Part shown: positions 31,219 through 40,626 of the stretch, piece after piece
How positions within the stretch are numbered: position 1 is the first letter of the stretch
Layout of the letters: each line of letters opens with the position of its first letter
Virus record (IMG/VR): IMGVR_UViG_3300008117_007749
Reading direction: 5' to 3' (one strand)
Length of the DNA: 64,000 bases
DNA from: a virus
Translations under genes and position numbers: made by a program
Notes under the pieces: generated by a model
What the model was told of the DNA's origin: nothing
Databases searched by the model: none
What the model saw: the letters and a program-made list of their open reading frames with translations, nothing else

Positions 31219-32264
31219 TTTTTTAATATTTCTTTTGATGTTTTTGACAAATATTTGACTTGATTTTGAAATTGGTTAAAAAAGTCGTCTTGTCTATTTA
31301 AAGGACCACTTGGATTTAATCTACTTGTCATATTTCCAAATTGAGTAGCTGTTAAAACCGAATTTTCAAGTCCAGGAGTTTGATTTGAGGTTTCGGTAAC
31401 ACCACCCATCATTGTTACTTTCTTTGTAATATTTTCTGGATCTTTTGTACCTTTAACTACAAACTTAATTATGTTAGGAAACTCCTCATGATTTAACTTA
31501 TCAGCTAAATCTTCGATGTGAGATACGTTTCCTAAATCATCGTCAGAAAACCCAATCATCGCTTTCATACCTAATTGACCCGCAAATCTATCTATCTTTG
31601 ACTTAAATTGTAACAAAGTTTCTTCTTTAGCTTTTTCGGGATTATCTGGAGTTCCGCCTCTCGACGGGGCAGAAACACCCACAAAATCACAATTATCTAA
31701 GTATAACTTAAATAATTCATTTTGTGAAGGAACTCCTCTTAGTATTCTATCTGACCCTGTAGATATATCATAAAAATAGGAGAACTTTAATAGATTATTG
31801 TACATATTATATAGTTGTTCTTCGGTCAATACATTATCAATAATCCACTCAACACCTCTTCTCATTGTTTCGGATTCATGACCACGAGCCGTTATAATAG
31901 CAAAAAGTGATCCATTGGAAAGACACTCTAAAAAATCTTCCCAAGCCGGAGCGAATCTTCCTGAAGAAACAGCAATTTTGACATCTTCTAAAAAAACTTC
32001 ACCTCCCTTAGGACCAGTATCTCTAAAGTTAGCAAAAGCCTCATCACCGCTCTGATTTAAAAATCTCCAGTTTTGTTTATCATTTCTTACTTCTGCAAAT
32101 TCTGCAGTTGATACATCAGTTGGAATCCATTGTTCTCCAACCTTTTGTTCCAATCGAATCATAGTTGGCATTCTTAGAATATTATCATCCCAGTCAAAAG
32201 CATAGTATAATAAAACACCGTCTTGTGAAGATTCTTTAATAAACTGATTAAACTTTTTAATCAT
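31194..32264 (-). CDS. HAD-superfamily phosphatase with CTS-like N-terminus
   Basis: FDWDDN (motif I), ITARG (II), K (III), FSDDD (IV); MIKKFNQFIKE. Confidence 0.8.
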   Translation of the reverse strand: MIKKFNQFIKESSQDGVLLYYAFDWDDNILRMPTMIRLEQKVGEQWIPTDVSTAEFAEVRNDKQNWRFLNQSGDEAFANFRDTGPKGGEVFLEDVKIAVSSGRFAPAWEDFLECLSNGSLFAIITARGHESETMRRGVEWIIDNVLTEEQLYNMYNNLLKFSYFYDISTGSDRILRGVPSQNELFKLYLDNCDFVGVSAPSRGGTPDNPEKAKEETLLQFKSKIDRFAGQLGMKAMIGFSDDDLGNVSHIEDLADKLNHEEFPNIIKFVVKGTKDPENITKKVTMMGGVTETSNQTPGLENSVLTATQFGNMTSRLNPSGPLNRQDDFFNQFQNQVKYLSKTSKEILKNKKRKSSK

Positions 32265-32267
32265 TGA

Positions 32268-32681
32268 TTATTTTCTTTTTTTGTTGATAAAAGATTGAAA
32301 AGATTCTAATGCTGGCTTTTCACTCTCTTCTTCATCGTCATCCTCATCTTCTTCTTGACCACCTTCAAATTCACCTTCTTCATCATCTGAATCTTCATCA
32401 TCTGAATCTTCATCTTCTTGTTGTCCGAATTCCTCTTCATCAGAATCAAATTCATCAGAATCAAAGTCTCCTTCTTCTTCATAATCACCAAAAGGTTTCA
32501 CTTCTTCTTCACCTTGACCCATTTCCGAATCAGAATCAAAATCACCTTGACCTTCAGACTCCTCAACTTCGATTGTAAATTCCTCAACAACCTCATCTTC
32601 TTTAACAGCATTTACAGATATTACACCATCAGCTTCTTCAATTGATATAGTATATCCACTTATTTCAACACTAGTTTTCAT
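32268..32681 (-). CDS. Highly acidic protein, possible prohead scaffold/core protein
   Basis: D/E-rich tract; ends ALESFQSFINKKRK. Confidence 0.6.
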   Translation of the reverse strand: MKTSVEISGYTISIEEADGVISVNAVKEDEVVEEFTIEVEESEGQGDFDSDSEMGQGEEEVKPFGDYEEEGDFDSDEFDSDEEEFGQQEDEDSDDEDSDDEEGEFEGGQEEDEDDDEEESEKPALESFQSFINKKRK

Positions 32682-32778
32682 ATTTTATAATTTTTTCTTG
32701 TATATATTAAAAATTAAAACCGCTTTTGTATCTAAAACTTTTACCTTAAAAATTAGTAAAAAAACAAAAAGTTTATTT

Positions 32779-33441
32779 ATGCAAAAAGATTTAAACAAAT
32801 TTCTACTTAGTCAATCAATATCAAGTTCTTTTCAACAAGACTATTTCAGAAAAATTCAAAAGAAAAATACTACATCTCATTTACTAGAATCAAATGGCCT
32901 TCCGGTTGATATTTTTTCTAAATTATTGGATGAAAGAATAATTTTCCTGTCTGATGAAATTGATTCAGAAGTTTGTAATATAATAAAAGCACAACTACTT
33001 TACTTAGATAGTGAAAATGATGAAGATATCTCAATTTATATTGACTCACCAGGTGGATCAGTTTATTCAGGAATGGGTCTTTTAGATGTTATGGATTTTA
33101 TTAACTGCGATATATCAACGGTTAATACAGGATTAGCAGCATCAATGGCAGCGGTGATTCTTTGCTCTGGTGATAAAGGTAAAAGAAAAGCTTTAAAAAG
33201 AAGTAGAACAATGATTCATCAACCTTTGACTTACGGTGGTTGGATGCAACAAGCTTCGGATGTTGAAATCGAAGCAAAAGAAATGAATGCACTTAAAAAA
33301 GAACTTTATGAGATAATATCAGATAAAACAGGACAGAATTATGATAGGGTTTATAAAGACGGAGACCGTGATTATTGGATGTCTGCTTCAGATGCTAAAA
33401 AATACGGAATGATTGACGAAATCATAACTAAGCGAAAATAA
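32779..33441 (+). CDS. clpP: ATP-dependent Clp protease proteolytic subunit
   Basis: DIFSKLLDERIIFL, YIDSPGGSV, GLAASM (Ser), MIHQP (His), DRDYWM (Asp). Confidence 0.97.
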   Translation: MQKDLNKFLLSQSISSSFQQDYFRKIQKKNTTSHLLESNGLPVDIFSKLLDERIIFLSDEIDSEVCNIIKAQLLYLDSENDEDISIYIDSPGGSVYSGMGLLDVMDFINCDISTVNTGLAASMAAVILCSGDKGKRKALKRSRTMIHQPLTYGGWMQQASDVEIEAKEMNALKKELYEIISDKTGQNYDRVYKDGDRDYWMSASDAKKYGMIDEIITKRK

Positions 33442-33468
33442 AAAAAACCCACTCGATTGAGTGGGTTA
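33439..33468. terminator. Intrinsic terminator
   Basis: aacccactc-gatt-gagtgggtt. Confidence 0.8.
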
Positions 33469-33484
33469 ATTTTTGGTAATAAAA

Positions 33485-33781
33485 TTACTGTTTAGATTTT
33501 GGCTTACGAGGCTTAGAAGCTTTCTTCTCTTCAGATTTAGGAGCTTCTTTTTTCACCTTAGCTTTAATTTCTTTAGCTGTAACCTTTTCTACCGGTTTAG
33601 CATCAGATTTAGCTGGTTTAGCTTTAGGAGCTTTAGGTTTTTTAGGAGTTTCAACTTTAGGAGTTTCAACTTTTACCTCAGCAACTTTCGCTACTTTTGG
33701 TTCAGTTTCACCAACAAATACTGGAGTAACTACCTCTTCTTTTTTACCAAAACCAAATAATTTCTTAATTGATTCCCACAT
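33485..33781 (-). CDS. Lys/Ala/Pro-rich basic protein (histone H1-like) with amphipathic N-terminus
   Basis: MWESIKKLFGFGKK; PKKPKAPKAKPAK. Confidence 0.65.
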   Translation of the reverse strand: MWESIKKLFGFGKKEEVVTPVFVGETEPKVAKVAEVKVETPKVETPKKPKAPKAKPAKSDAKPVEKVTAKEIKAKVKKEAPKSEEKKASKPRKPKSKQ

Positions 33782-33892
33782 AACTTAAGTTTATTTTTTT
33801 ATTATATATCAAATTTTGTTTTTTCCCTTATAAAAAACCTCAAAATTTTATGGAATTTAAACACAGTCTATGATTTTATATATAAATATGAG

Positions 33893-35509
33893 ATGAAATT
33901 TAGATATGACACATCGACAGAAGAAATTGTTGTCACGTCAGCTACAAGAATTGAATACCATCAATTAAATCTTTGGCTAACCAGACATGTGAAAGGTTAT
34001 AGATATATGCCTGCATTCAAAATGGGTGTTTGGAATGGACAACAAACATATTTTAGAAACGGAAGAGTAAGTTTAGGACTCTGGAAAGAAGCTATGAAGG
34101 GATGCAAAGAAATAGATATGCCTTTCATATTAGAAAACAAAGATGAATTCCCTCTTAATAGAGAAGTGACATTAGAGAGTGTTCAAGAGTTTTGTAAAGA
34201 GTTTTTTAAATTTCATAAAGTTAGAACAAAGTCAGGAGAATGGATTAACTTCACTCCTTACGATCATCAAATTGAGTCAGCTTACAAGATACTTAAAAAT
34301 AGATATTGTATGGCCGAAGTTGCCACATCCGGTGGTAAATCATTAATAATATCTATTGTAATGTTTTATACTTTAAAACATATTGATCCAACTGCCAAAT
34401 TTCTAATCATAGTTCCTTCAATAACACTTGTGACACAGTTTTATGATAACATTATGGAATATAATTGGGGAATAAACAATTTAGCGGAGATGAGAGAAAA
34501 AAAAATAGAATCTATTTTAAATACAGACGCTAAATATTCACCATGTGATCTAAGAGTTGAAGAAGTTATGTCAGAAAGACCGAGAAAACATTCCGGAACA
34601 CAAGACGCAAACATTTATATAGGAACTTATCAATCACTTGAAAAATGGCCCAAAGAATTTTTTCAACAATTTCACACAGTTATAACAGATGAAGCACACG
34701 GTGCAAAAGCAAAAACAATCACAACTATATTACAAAAAACGTTTAAATATGCATATTCAAGATTTGGAGTTTCTGGAACTTTTCCAGAAGATGACACTTG
34801 TGAAATTTTAACAATTCAAGCAGTATTGGGTCCAAAAATAACAGAGGTGTCTGCAAATGAGTTAAAGGAAAAAGGTATCATTACACCAATGGAAATTAGA
34901 GCAGTGATAATGAATCACAATGATAAAGAGTTTGATGATAGAATTCAACTTATCAAAAAAGGTGGAAACGGAAAAGACGCATTTGAATTAGAAAAAGCCT
35001 ACATACATGTTTCTGAAAAAAGACTAGATTTTATTAAAAAAATAGTAGAAAAGTGTGACTCAAACACACTCTTATTATTTCACACAATTGATTACGGTCA
35101 GCAAATTCTTAAAAAGTTAGAAAAGGATCTTCCAGGCAGAGATTACTATTATATTGATGGTGAGATATCTGGTAAGAAAAGAGAAGAGATAAAGAAACAA
35201 ATGGAATTCACAGACGGTAACATTAAAGTTTTAGTTGCTTCTTATGGGACACTATCAACTGGGGTTTCTATCAACGCAATATTTAATGTCATATTTGCTG
35301 ACTCATTTAAATCTGAGCAAATTATTATTCAATCTATAGGTAGAGCTCTTAGATTACACTCAGAAAAAAAGAAAGCAAATATTTTTGATTTAGTTGATGT
35401 ATTTGACTCTAATAATATGTCAAATATACTATTTAGACACTTTAAAGAAAGAGAAAAGTTTTATCAAAAAAGACAATATCCATATAAAGTTATCAAAGTA
35501 AATCTTTGA
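33893..35509 (+). CDS. uvsW: UvsW-like SF2 DNA helicase
   Basis: GYRYMPAFKMGVWNG, PYDHQ, ATSGGKSLI, DEAH, GVSGT, STGVSI, QSIGRALR. Confidence 0.93.
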   Translation: MKFRYDTSTEEIVVTSATRIEYHQLNLWLTRHVKGYRYMPAFKMGVWNGQQTYFRNGRVSLGLWKEAMKGCKEIDMPFILENKDEFPLNREVTLESVQEFCKEFFKFHKVRTKSGEWINFTPYDHQIESAYKILKNRYCMAEVATSGGKSLIISIVMFYTLKHIDPTAKFLIIVPSITLVTQFYDNIMEYNWGINNLAEMREKKIESILNTDAKYSPCDLRVEEVMSERPRKHSGTQDANIYIGTYQSLEKWPKEFFQQFHTVITDEAHGAKAKTITTILQKTFKYAYSRFGVSGTFPEDDTCEILTIQAVLGPKITEVSANELKEKGIITPMEIRAVIMNHNDKEFDDRIQLIKKGGNGKDAFELEKAYIHVSEKRLDFIKKIVEKCDSNTLLLFHTIDYGQQILKKLEKDLPGRDYYYIDGEISGKKREEIKKQMEFTDGNIKVLVASYGTLSTGVSINAIFNVIFADSFKSEQIIIQSIGRALRLHSEKKKANIFDLVDVFDSNNMSNILFRHFKEREKFYQKRQYPYKVIKVNL

Positions 35510-35539
35510 TGAAAGTCATGTCCATTAATATATAAATTA

Positions 35540-38500
35540 ATGGCTAAAGAAGTAGTTTCAGGAACACATAAAACAGGTAAAGGCAACTGGGATGGAATGC
35601 ATAAGTTTGGTTCGGGAGATGGTACTTGGGCTAATCTTCATGGATGGATCCAATTTGGAAGTATTGGTAAAGGTAAAATTCCAACAGCTTTACAATCATT
35701 TTATAAAAAATACAACCTAAATCCTTGTATAACATCGGTAAAATTCACGGTTGATCCTGTAAATTATAAAGTTGATTGGGAATTCACGATTGAAGAATCT
35801 CCAGATGGAAATGCTTATGTTGGGTTTTCATCTTGGGGTGGTGCATCTGGAGGATATCCAAAAAAATCTCCACCGGCTTCACATGCTTATCCGAATTATA
35901 AAAAGGAATACAACGCTGCGGTAGGTATTAAAGGTGCTAAAGTAGCAGATGTTATAGATCTTTATTTTCCAGGTGGTTTTAGACAAATATTTTTTCAACA
36001 TACATGGCCTCAAAAATATCCAAATTTACCAAAATCAGCGGGTCTAAAAGAAGGCACTGTTGGTGTGAAAATTGGCCCATCTGGTTCTCCTAAAAATTTA
36101 CCAGAGTACAGTGGTGTTTTAGTTCAAACTACATCTGTTGATTCATCAGCTGATCAAGGAACATCCGGTGATCAACCACCAACTACGGATCAAAATGTCG
36201 AAAAAACCGAAAATGCAGCAAATAACAATAATAAAGCGGCCGCTGATCCGGGTCCTACAAAAATATCAAAAATAAAATTAGTTAAGAAAAGCGGCCCAGG
36301 TGAATTAATGGGTGAGGTAGAAAAAGAAACAATTTTTGGAGAAGCGGTATTCGAAGGTCTTCAATTTGACGAACCAGGAGAATACGTCATCTCAGTTACA
36401 ACAGAAGCTGAAGATATCGAACCAACTGAATTTACTATAAAAGTTGAAGGTGATCCTTCTCCTAAACAACAGGAGCCAAAAGGAGAAGAAGAAAAAAAGA
36501 CAGATGGTAATAGACCAATAATTGCACAAATCGACAAAACTACATATAAACTTCGACCAATAAAGTTAGATGCTGGAAGTAAAGATTTACAGACACAGGA
36601 TTATCTACAAAGTTTAGGAAACACCCCTCTTTTCTGGTATAATACCTATCAAATTGAATCAAGAGATATACTTCAAATGTCTCTTTTCCACGATGGTATA
36701 GTTCCTTGTTGTAATGTTGTTTTTTCAGACTCAAACGGTCTTATGAAAAGAGACGGAATGCCATTAGATGATACTACATTTGAAATATTTCTAAATTCGG
36801 GTAGTCCAAATTTGAAGTCTATACACATGAAGTTCAAATTAACTAATTTTCAACAAAATAAAAGCGGAAATTACACAGTAACAGGAAGCATTGATCTTAA
36901 AGATTTCTATAAAATAAACTATAAAGCATATAAAGGAACTTCCTTTAAAGTAATGAGAGACATAGCTAAAGAGCTTGAGCTCGGATATAATTCTAATATC
37001 AACGACACACAAGATGAAATGAAATGGGTTAATACTGGAAAAACATGGAGAGAATTTATAGGTCAAATTGTTGAACATTCCTATATTTCGGATAACTCAT
37101 TTGTTATGGGATATATCGATTTTTATTATTGTTTCAATTATGTTGATATAGAAAAAGAATGGTCAAGAAATAACAATACAGATGTTGGATTAGACTCAAA
37201 AGGTCTTTCTCAAGTAGATAGAAAATCCGAAGAGTCGGATAAGATAGTGCCTATGATACTTATCAAAGATGACTCTCAAAGAAGTTCAAGTTTCTTTTTC
37301 CACAAAGAGATAGTTAAAAATAACTCAACTCAAAAATCTGTAACAAAAGGACAATTTACTATAACAAAATTTTACGATTCGGCTTCTAAATCATTTTTAA
37401 TATTTGATGTAAATTCATTAACATCTACTGGTAATGATAAACTTATATTAAAAGGAAAACCAGCAGATGGAAAAGATTTAGTAGAAAATTTTAGAACTAA
37501 GTTTGGAGGAAGAATTGATATGTCAAACTCACACAAAAATTACCTTTACTCACCAACTCAAAACAAAGTAAATTTTGACAATTTAACAAGAATATCATGC
37601 GAAATGGAGTTACCAAACGGTAATTTTAATTTATATAAATTTCAAAAAATTAAGATTTATTTTGTTAATTCAGCTCCGACCGTTACCGAACCAGATAAAT
37701 CACAAGTTAGACTTAACGGAGACTGGATGGTTGTAGATATAAGTTATAATTGGTCAAGAGGTAAGCTTACACAAAATATTGTGGTAGCTAGAAAAGAACT
37801 TTCAAAGCTTCCAGAAGAGGTAGAAGAACAGAAAGACGAAACAAAGCCAGAAACAAAAGAAGGAAATAGCAACGAAGAAAAACCACTTGATCCACCAAAC
37901 AGTGCTTATGCTATTAACGAAGTTTATTATGTTGAAGGAGAAGATGGTAAAAAGTTTCAAATTGTAATTACTAGATTAGAAGAAAATGGAAATGAAGTGA
38001 CTGGTTCTGTGTTAGAACAAAGACCACAATCTCAACCATCGCCCGGATCCTCTGGTACATCAGGAACTAGTGGAACCTCTGCCACAAGTGGAACTTCAGG
38101 AACATCAGGTACGTCAGCTGATTCAGTGGTCACTAATAAATTATTATCAGCAACTTATGTTGATAACGCAGATGGTACGGTAACAGCAAAAGCAACTTTT
38201 GAAATAAGTGGTAAAGAAGTTGATGGAACAGGAACTGCAGGACCAGATCCAGCTGGAAAAGGAAAACAAAAAGAAAACGCTACAAAATTAGCTGAACAAG
38301 ATGCGGTAAATAAGTCTAAACAACCGGCTCAAACCGTAACTAACTCACCAGAGAATAAAGTAAGTAATGGAGAAAGAGAATATATCTTAGGAATTCCTAC
38401 TCCGGAAACAGAAGGTAATAAAAAGATTACTGGAAAAATTACATTTCAGGCCATAGGTCCTAAAAGAAATGCTGTTGGTGTTTTAAGTGGATTTCCTGAT

Positions 38501-38668
38501 GGTGGAACAATTGGTCCGATAAAAGGACCTCAAGTTCCAGCAGTTCTTGGAAAATCAGATGAAACTTATCAGGAATTAGCTGATGGAATGGTTGGTATAT
38601 TGAAACAAGAAATTATTAATAAATATAATATTGATGCTAAATTAACTATAATTGAAAAAAAGAATTAA
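35540..38668 (+). CDS. Baseplate hub-like tail protein (gp27/VgrG-like core) with accessory domains
   Basis: 1042 aa; central beta-rich region ending RLNGDWMVVDISYNW...QNIVVARKE; Ig-like FEGLQFDEPGEY; short GTS tract; lies upstream of gp5-like gene. Confidence 0.55.
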   Translation: MAKEVVSGTHKTGKGNWDGMHKFGSGDGTWANLHGWIQFGSIGKGKIPTALQSFYKKYNLNPCITSVKFTVDPVNYKVDWEFTIEESPDGNAYVGFSSWGGASGGYPKKSPPASHAYPNYKKEYNAAVGIKGAKVADVIDLYFPGGFRQIFFQHTWPQKYPNLPKSAGLKEGTVGVKIGPSGSPKNLPEYSGVLVQTTSVDSSADQGTSGDQPPTTDQNVEKTENAANNNNKAAADPGPTKISKIKLVKKSGPGELMGEVEKETIFGEAVFEGLQFDEPGEYVISVTTEAEDIEPTEFTIKVEGDPSPKQQEPKGEEEKKTDGNRPIIAQIDKTTYKLRPIKLDAGSKDLQTQDYLQSLGNTPLFWYNTYQIESRDILQMSLFHDGIVPCCNVVFSDSNGLMKRDGMPLDDTTFEIFLNSGSPNLKSIHMKFKLTNFQQNKSGNYTVTGSIDLKDFYKINYKAYKGTSFKVMRDIAKELELGYNSNINDTQDEMKWVNTGKTWREFIGQIVEHSYISDNSFVMGYIDFYYCFNYVDIEKEWSRNNNTDVGLDSKGLSQVDRKSEESDKIVPMILIKDDSQRSSSFFFHKEIVKNNSTQKSVTKGQFTITKFYDSASKSFLIFDVNSLTSTGNDKLILKGKPADGKDLVENFRTKFGGRIDMSNSHKNYLYSPTQNKVNFDNLTRISCEMELPNGNFNLYKFQKIKIYFVNSAPTVTEPDKSQVRLNGDWMVVDISYNWSRGKLTQNIVVARKELSKLPEEVEEQKDETKPETKEGNSNEEKPLDPPNSAYAINEVYYVEGEDGKKFQIVITRLEENGNEVTGSVLEQRPQSQPSPGSSGTSGTSGTSATSGTSGTSGTSADSVVTNKLLSATYVDNADGTVTAKATFEISGKEVDGTGTAGPDPAGKGKQKENATKLAEQDAVNKSKQPAQTVTNSPENKVSNGEREYILGIPTPETEGNKKITGKITFQAIGPKRNAVGVLSGFPDGGTIGPIKGPQVPAVLGKSDETYQELADGMVGILKQEIINKYNIDAKLTIIEKKN

Positions 38669-38673
38669 TATAA

Positions 38674-40599
38674 ATGGCTCAGGAATATAATCTAAAAGTA
38701 AAAAAACCAAAAGATGATAATGAAAAGAAAATTTCAGGTGATCTAACTTTAGATGTACAAAAAAAGGGAGAAAAGGAATACACTTTCACTGTAAATGGCA
38801 GTACTCAGTCATCTATTTTGATTGAATATAGTTCAGTAGGAAAAGCAACTTTAACTGGTCTTCCAACACCATGGACCAACCCACAATCAAAAACGGTAGT
38901 TGATAAATCTACTATTGGTCCAGTTGAGTCTAATAGGACTTTTGAGTTATCAAAAAATGACGATGGATTTGAATATGAGCTTGAAGTGATTGATTCTCAA
39001 GAAAATTTGATAAGATTACTTAAAAAAGAATTTGAAACAGTATATGGAATTACTGCAAGTTTTGAATTGGCCTGTGAGGCTAAAAAAACTCAAACAGCTC
39101 CTGCTGAGAATAAAGGAAAACCAACAGTTGTAGCAAAATGGATATCAACAATTACACCTACCAATGCTAAACCAGGCGATAGACCTCTGGAAATAGGATT
39201 CGAAGTATTTAAAGATGGTGAGTCAATAATCAAAAGAGAAAAAACTGTCGGATTTACTTGGGATGAGACTACAAAGAAGATATCAGTAAAATCCGCTGAA
39301 TTATTTTATGATGGTACTGGTAAATGGGTTGAAGGCTTTGGAAAAGAACCTTTTATTGAAAAGGATGTAATATTATTTATGGATAATTTTCCAGGATCAT
39401 CAACATCTACAGATGTTACAACATCAGGAACTTCTGGATCGAGTGGAACATCTGCTAAATTAATAGAAGGCGAATATAAATTTGATGTCACAACAACAGG
39501 ATATTTAGTAAATGCTGAGTTAGGAAAACTCAAAATTATATCTAAAGAGGAAGTTGAAATAGTTGATGAATTTGATCCAGGTCCAGAAGAAGTTACATTT
39601 GAAGTATCAGAAGAATATAAGGAATCAGAATTTACAGGACCAGAGGAAAGTTTTGAGAGTGTTGTGGTTGAAGAATTTAACTCCAATACAGCAGCAGCTG
39701 TGGATCTTACAGAACCTAATCCAGAACAGCTAGATTTCACACCACCATCATCTAATGAAGATCCACCAGCGGAAGTTCCTTCAGATAGCCTTAAACCAAC
39801 CAAAAAAGGATTTTTACAAGGAAAATCTTTTCAAAAAACACAAGGTTCTGGAAACTCGTGGGATGTGAAAGTAAGTGAAACATATAAACTGACTAAATTT
39901 AAATATGGTAATCCTAAAATTACAGAAGCTTCATTTATTAAAAGAGTTAAAAAGGCAGAAGGAGGAGTTGCAAATGGAACTAGTGATAGTGCGTACCGAA
40001 GTTATAAAGATAAAACAGTATGCCCTATCAGTAAAAAAGACCATCCAAATGCTAAAAAGTATGATTCACTCTGTACTAGTAGCACAAAAGGAAGAATTTA
40101 CAATATACATACAAACAAAGGAATACTTTGGTTAGTATTTAAAACGGCATTTGGGGTTAAAAATTCATCTGAACATGGATCGGAATCACTTCAGAAGAGA
40201 TTTTTAGAAATGAGTGATGAAGACTGGTGGAAAGTAATGAACGATACCTTTGTTAAACCAAACAGGGGATTAGAGATGAAAAGCAAAGTCGCCGGTTACT
40301 TTTACACGTACCTTGCTTGGGGTAGTGGTTCAGGCGGTGCTATTAAAAACTTAAATACTGCACTTAATCTATTGAAAGGTAGTAAAGAATTCACATCTGG
40401 TAAAATAAAAGACGCTCATATAAATTATGTAAATCAACTCTACGACCAAGGTAAAGAATCGGAATTGATATCAGCTTTATATGATTGTAGAGCACAGTTT
40501 CTTCTAAATATTTCACAACCCGGTAATAAAAATTCAGTTTATAGAAATGGTTGGATAAACGGAGTAAATGCATGGATACAAGATTTTCATGAATCATAG
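38674..40599 (+). CDS. Tail-associated protein with C-terminal GH108-like lysozyme and PG-binding helix
   Basis: AEGGV...HTNKGI...AWGSG...R.QFL..I...VYRNGWIN. Confidence 0.65.
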   Translation: MAQEYNLKVKKPKDDNEKKISGDLTLDVQKKGEKEYTFTVNGSTQSSILIEYSSVGKATLTGLPTPWTNPQSKTVVDKSTIGPVESNRTFELSKNDDGFEYELEVIDSQENLIRLLKKEFETVYGITASFELACEAKKTQTAPAENKGKPTVVAKWISTITPTNAKPGDRPLEIGFEVFKDGESIIKREKTVGFTWDETTKKISVKSAELFYDGTGKWVEGFGKEPFIEKDVILFMDNFPGSSTSTDVTTSGTSGSSGTSAKLIEGEYKFDVTTTGYLVNAELGKLKIISKEEVEIVDEFDPGPEEVTFEVSEEYKESEFTGPEESFESVVVEEFNSNTAAAVDLTEPNPEQLDFTPPSSNEDPPAEVPSDSLKPTKKGFLQGKSFQKTQGSGNSWDVKVSETYKLTKFKYGNPKITEASFIKRVKKAEGGVANGTSDSAYRSYKDKTVCPISKKDHPNAKKYDSLCTSSTKGRIYNIHTNKGILWLVFKTAFGVKNSSEHGSESLQKRFLEMSDEDWWKVMNDTFVKPNRGLEMKSKVAGYFYTYLAWGSGSGGAIKNLNTALNLLKGSKEFTSGKIKDAHINYVNQLYDQGKESELISALYDCRAQFLLNISQPGNKNSVYRNGWINGVNAWIQDFHES

Positions 40600-40626
40600 A
40601 AAAGACATAAACTTAATATATAGTCT

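Noticed and set aside
32306-33760. Overlapping ORFs on the acidic and Lys-rich genes (His/Leu-rich, Phe/Arg-rich)
   Set aside because: Low-complexity shadows of 32268..32681 and 33485..33781
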